A stretch of 64,000 nt of DNA. Origin: Squalus acanthias. Its lineage: Eukaryota. A program made the translations under genes and the position numbers. The stretch lies in the NCBI GenBank assembly GCA_030390025.1, contig CM059432.1, forward strand, positions 133,550,001-133,614,000, read 5' to 3'. Below, one piece after another: positions 62,443 through 64,000 of this stretch. The notes under the pieces were generated by a model. That model had not been told where the DNA came from and searched no databases. It saw only the letters and a program-made list of their open reading frames with translations. Numbering within the stretch: position 1 is the stretch's first letter; each line of letters begins with the position of its first letter.

Positions 62443-62849
62443 ATAGACTGATGGATGAGCTGGTGTCACATTTGATATTTTATTTTTACCGTTTTCCAGA
62501 GAAGGGATTTTGAAATGAGCTACATTTGAATGGTATGTCTTAAATTATAGAGGGTCCTCATAGATTTAGAATTCTCCTCAGTGTTGAGAAATTGAACCTA
62601 GATGTAACAAATGAGAGCTTTAGTGGTGGGGGAGAGAGCTAAAGCAGGTGATATATTGGATGTAGGGTTTGAAGCTCAACCAGAGTTAACAAGCAGCGAG
62701 GTTGCACATTGTCCGATTTAGCCTGAGGAGCACCTAGGAAGCGTGTTGAAATTAGATTAAAATAGACCTTTGGCCAAGCACCAAACAGATGACATTGTTC
62801 TTGCCAATCTTTAGTTGTAGGTAGTTCTGGCTCATTCATGACATAGTCA

Positions 62850-63102
62850 CTAATAAATTCAGGAGAAACTTCTTTACCCAGAGAGTGGTTAGAATGTGGA
62901 ACTCGCTACCACATGGAGTAGTTGAGCGAACATAGATGCCTTTAAGGGGAAGCTGGCTAAGTACATGAGGGAGAAAGGAATAGAAGGATATGCAGGTAGG
63001 GTTTGATAAAGTAGGGTGGGAGGAGGCTCGTGTGGAGCATAAACACCAGCATAGACCAGCTGGGCCCAATGGTCTGTTTCTGTGCTGTATATTCTATGTA
63101 AT
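62850..63102 (+). mobile_element. CR1 3' end
   Basis: RRNFFTQRVVRMWNSLP; tail TGTTTCTGTGCTGTATATTCTATGTAA. Confidence 0.88.
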
Positions 63103-64000
63103 ACTATGTTTTGCTAGGAAACTTCAATAAATGATTCACTTTGTTTAAAAGGTATTAAGGAAGGACGCAGGAATAAATCTCTACCTCAACTTGAACAAAA
63201 TCCCTTTTAATTTTTTTTTAAAATCAGATGACAAATCCTTTTAAAAGTTGGAAAACCTGTGATGGGAAAGAAGGTGGCTTTACTCGCGCACATGACGCAG
63301 TCATCAATCGTAGGTAGCCATGGGAGACCAAGAGATCGACCAGGGGTGGGCCTGGCAAGCTACAGGAGGTGTCAATTGTCAGAGGCATAGCTCACAGGAT
63401 TGGGGAGGGGGAGAGAAGGGGGTCCGGGGAGCACAAAACAAAACCATCAATCATGGGCGGTTCTGGTAGCCATGGGAGACATCGATCATGGGGGACTGAG
63501 GCTGAAGCACTGAACAGGCAATAAAGAGTTTTAGACTGAAGCAGAAGAGGTGTGAAAGTATGAAATTACAGATTGGTTTATACAAAAGCTTAGCATTGCC
63601 ATTTCTTTGATGTTGTAGAGGATAGAGCAGGAGGCAAATAAAAGTAACAGAGGCCAAGGCACACACAGCAGGTATTAGAGGCCTGCGTACCAATGAATAA
63701 TCGCTATATGCAGGTGGCTAAAGTTCCTCTCCCTGCTATTTTAGTGGAGGCAATTACTCGACCAAATTTTGTCTCGCTACGGCCCTGTTTACACCTAAAA
63801 ATTGGGCGGCAGCCTGACTAAAATTGAAGATAAAAAAGGTCCTGCCACCTTATCTCTGGAGTTCTGCCCATTCTGATTAATATAGGTGTCCAGAGCTTTC
63901 GCCAGAAGCAGTTGGTGGCCTCCTTAATATATGAAAATCGTGGTCGAATGACGTTATCACAACCCCACTATTTTCATCTCTGCCCGCATTGCTACTTCTA

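Noticed and set aside
63280..63495. Possible CpG promoter and duplicated GGTAGCCATGGGAGAC
   Set aside because: Too short for a CpG island; more likely a decayed repeat; no TSS evidence

Overview
This is eukaryotic, repeat-rich vertebrate genomic DNA. The repeat repertoire points to a cartilaginous fish, probably a shark (inference): CR1 and L2 LINE 3' ends, a tRNA-headed Deu-domain SINE with an L2 tail, Penelope-like elements (PLEs), a Tx1 fragment, PIF/Harbinger MITEs and transposase relics. No prokaryotic features or CRISPR arrays were found, and nearly all listed ORFs are transposon fragments or antisense artefacts. Four signals stand out. (1) An unrecognised multi-exon protein-coding gene lies on the minus strand, with phase-compatible exons at 42723-42700, 37048-36842 and 32171-31919, probable 3' exons near 7.3-7.7 kb, and possible upstream exons at 51.1 and 60.8 kb. 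(2) At least eight PLE insertions from 2-3 families are present, most with clean 11-18 bp target-site duplications (TSDs). They carry minimal hammerhead-ribozyme motifs whose architecture is conserved across different primary sequences. (3) A five-level nested transposon stack spans 33.7-36.2 kb and ends in an 86-bp near-perfect hairpin. (4) A ~6.4 kb repeat-free, TF-motif-rich intronic block resembles a conserved-enhancer cluster. Boundaries of decayed repeats are approximate; family names come from motif recall, not database searches.
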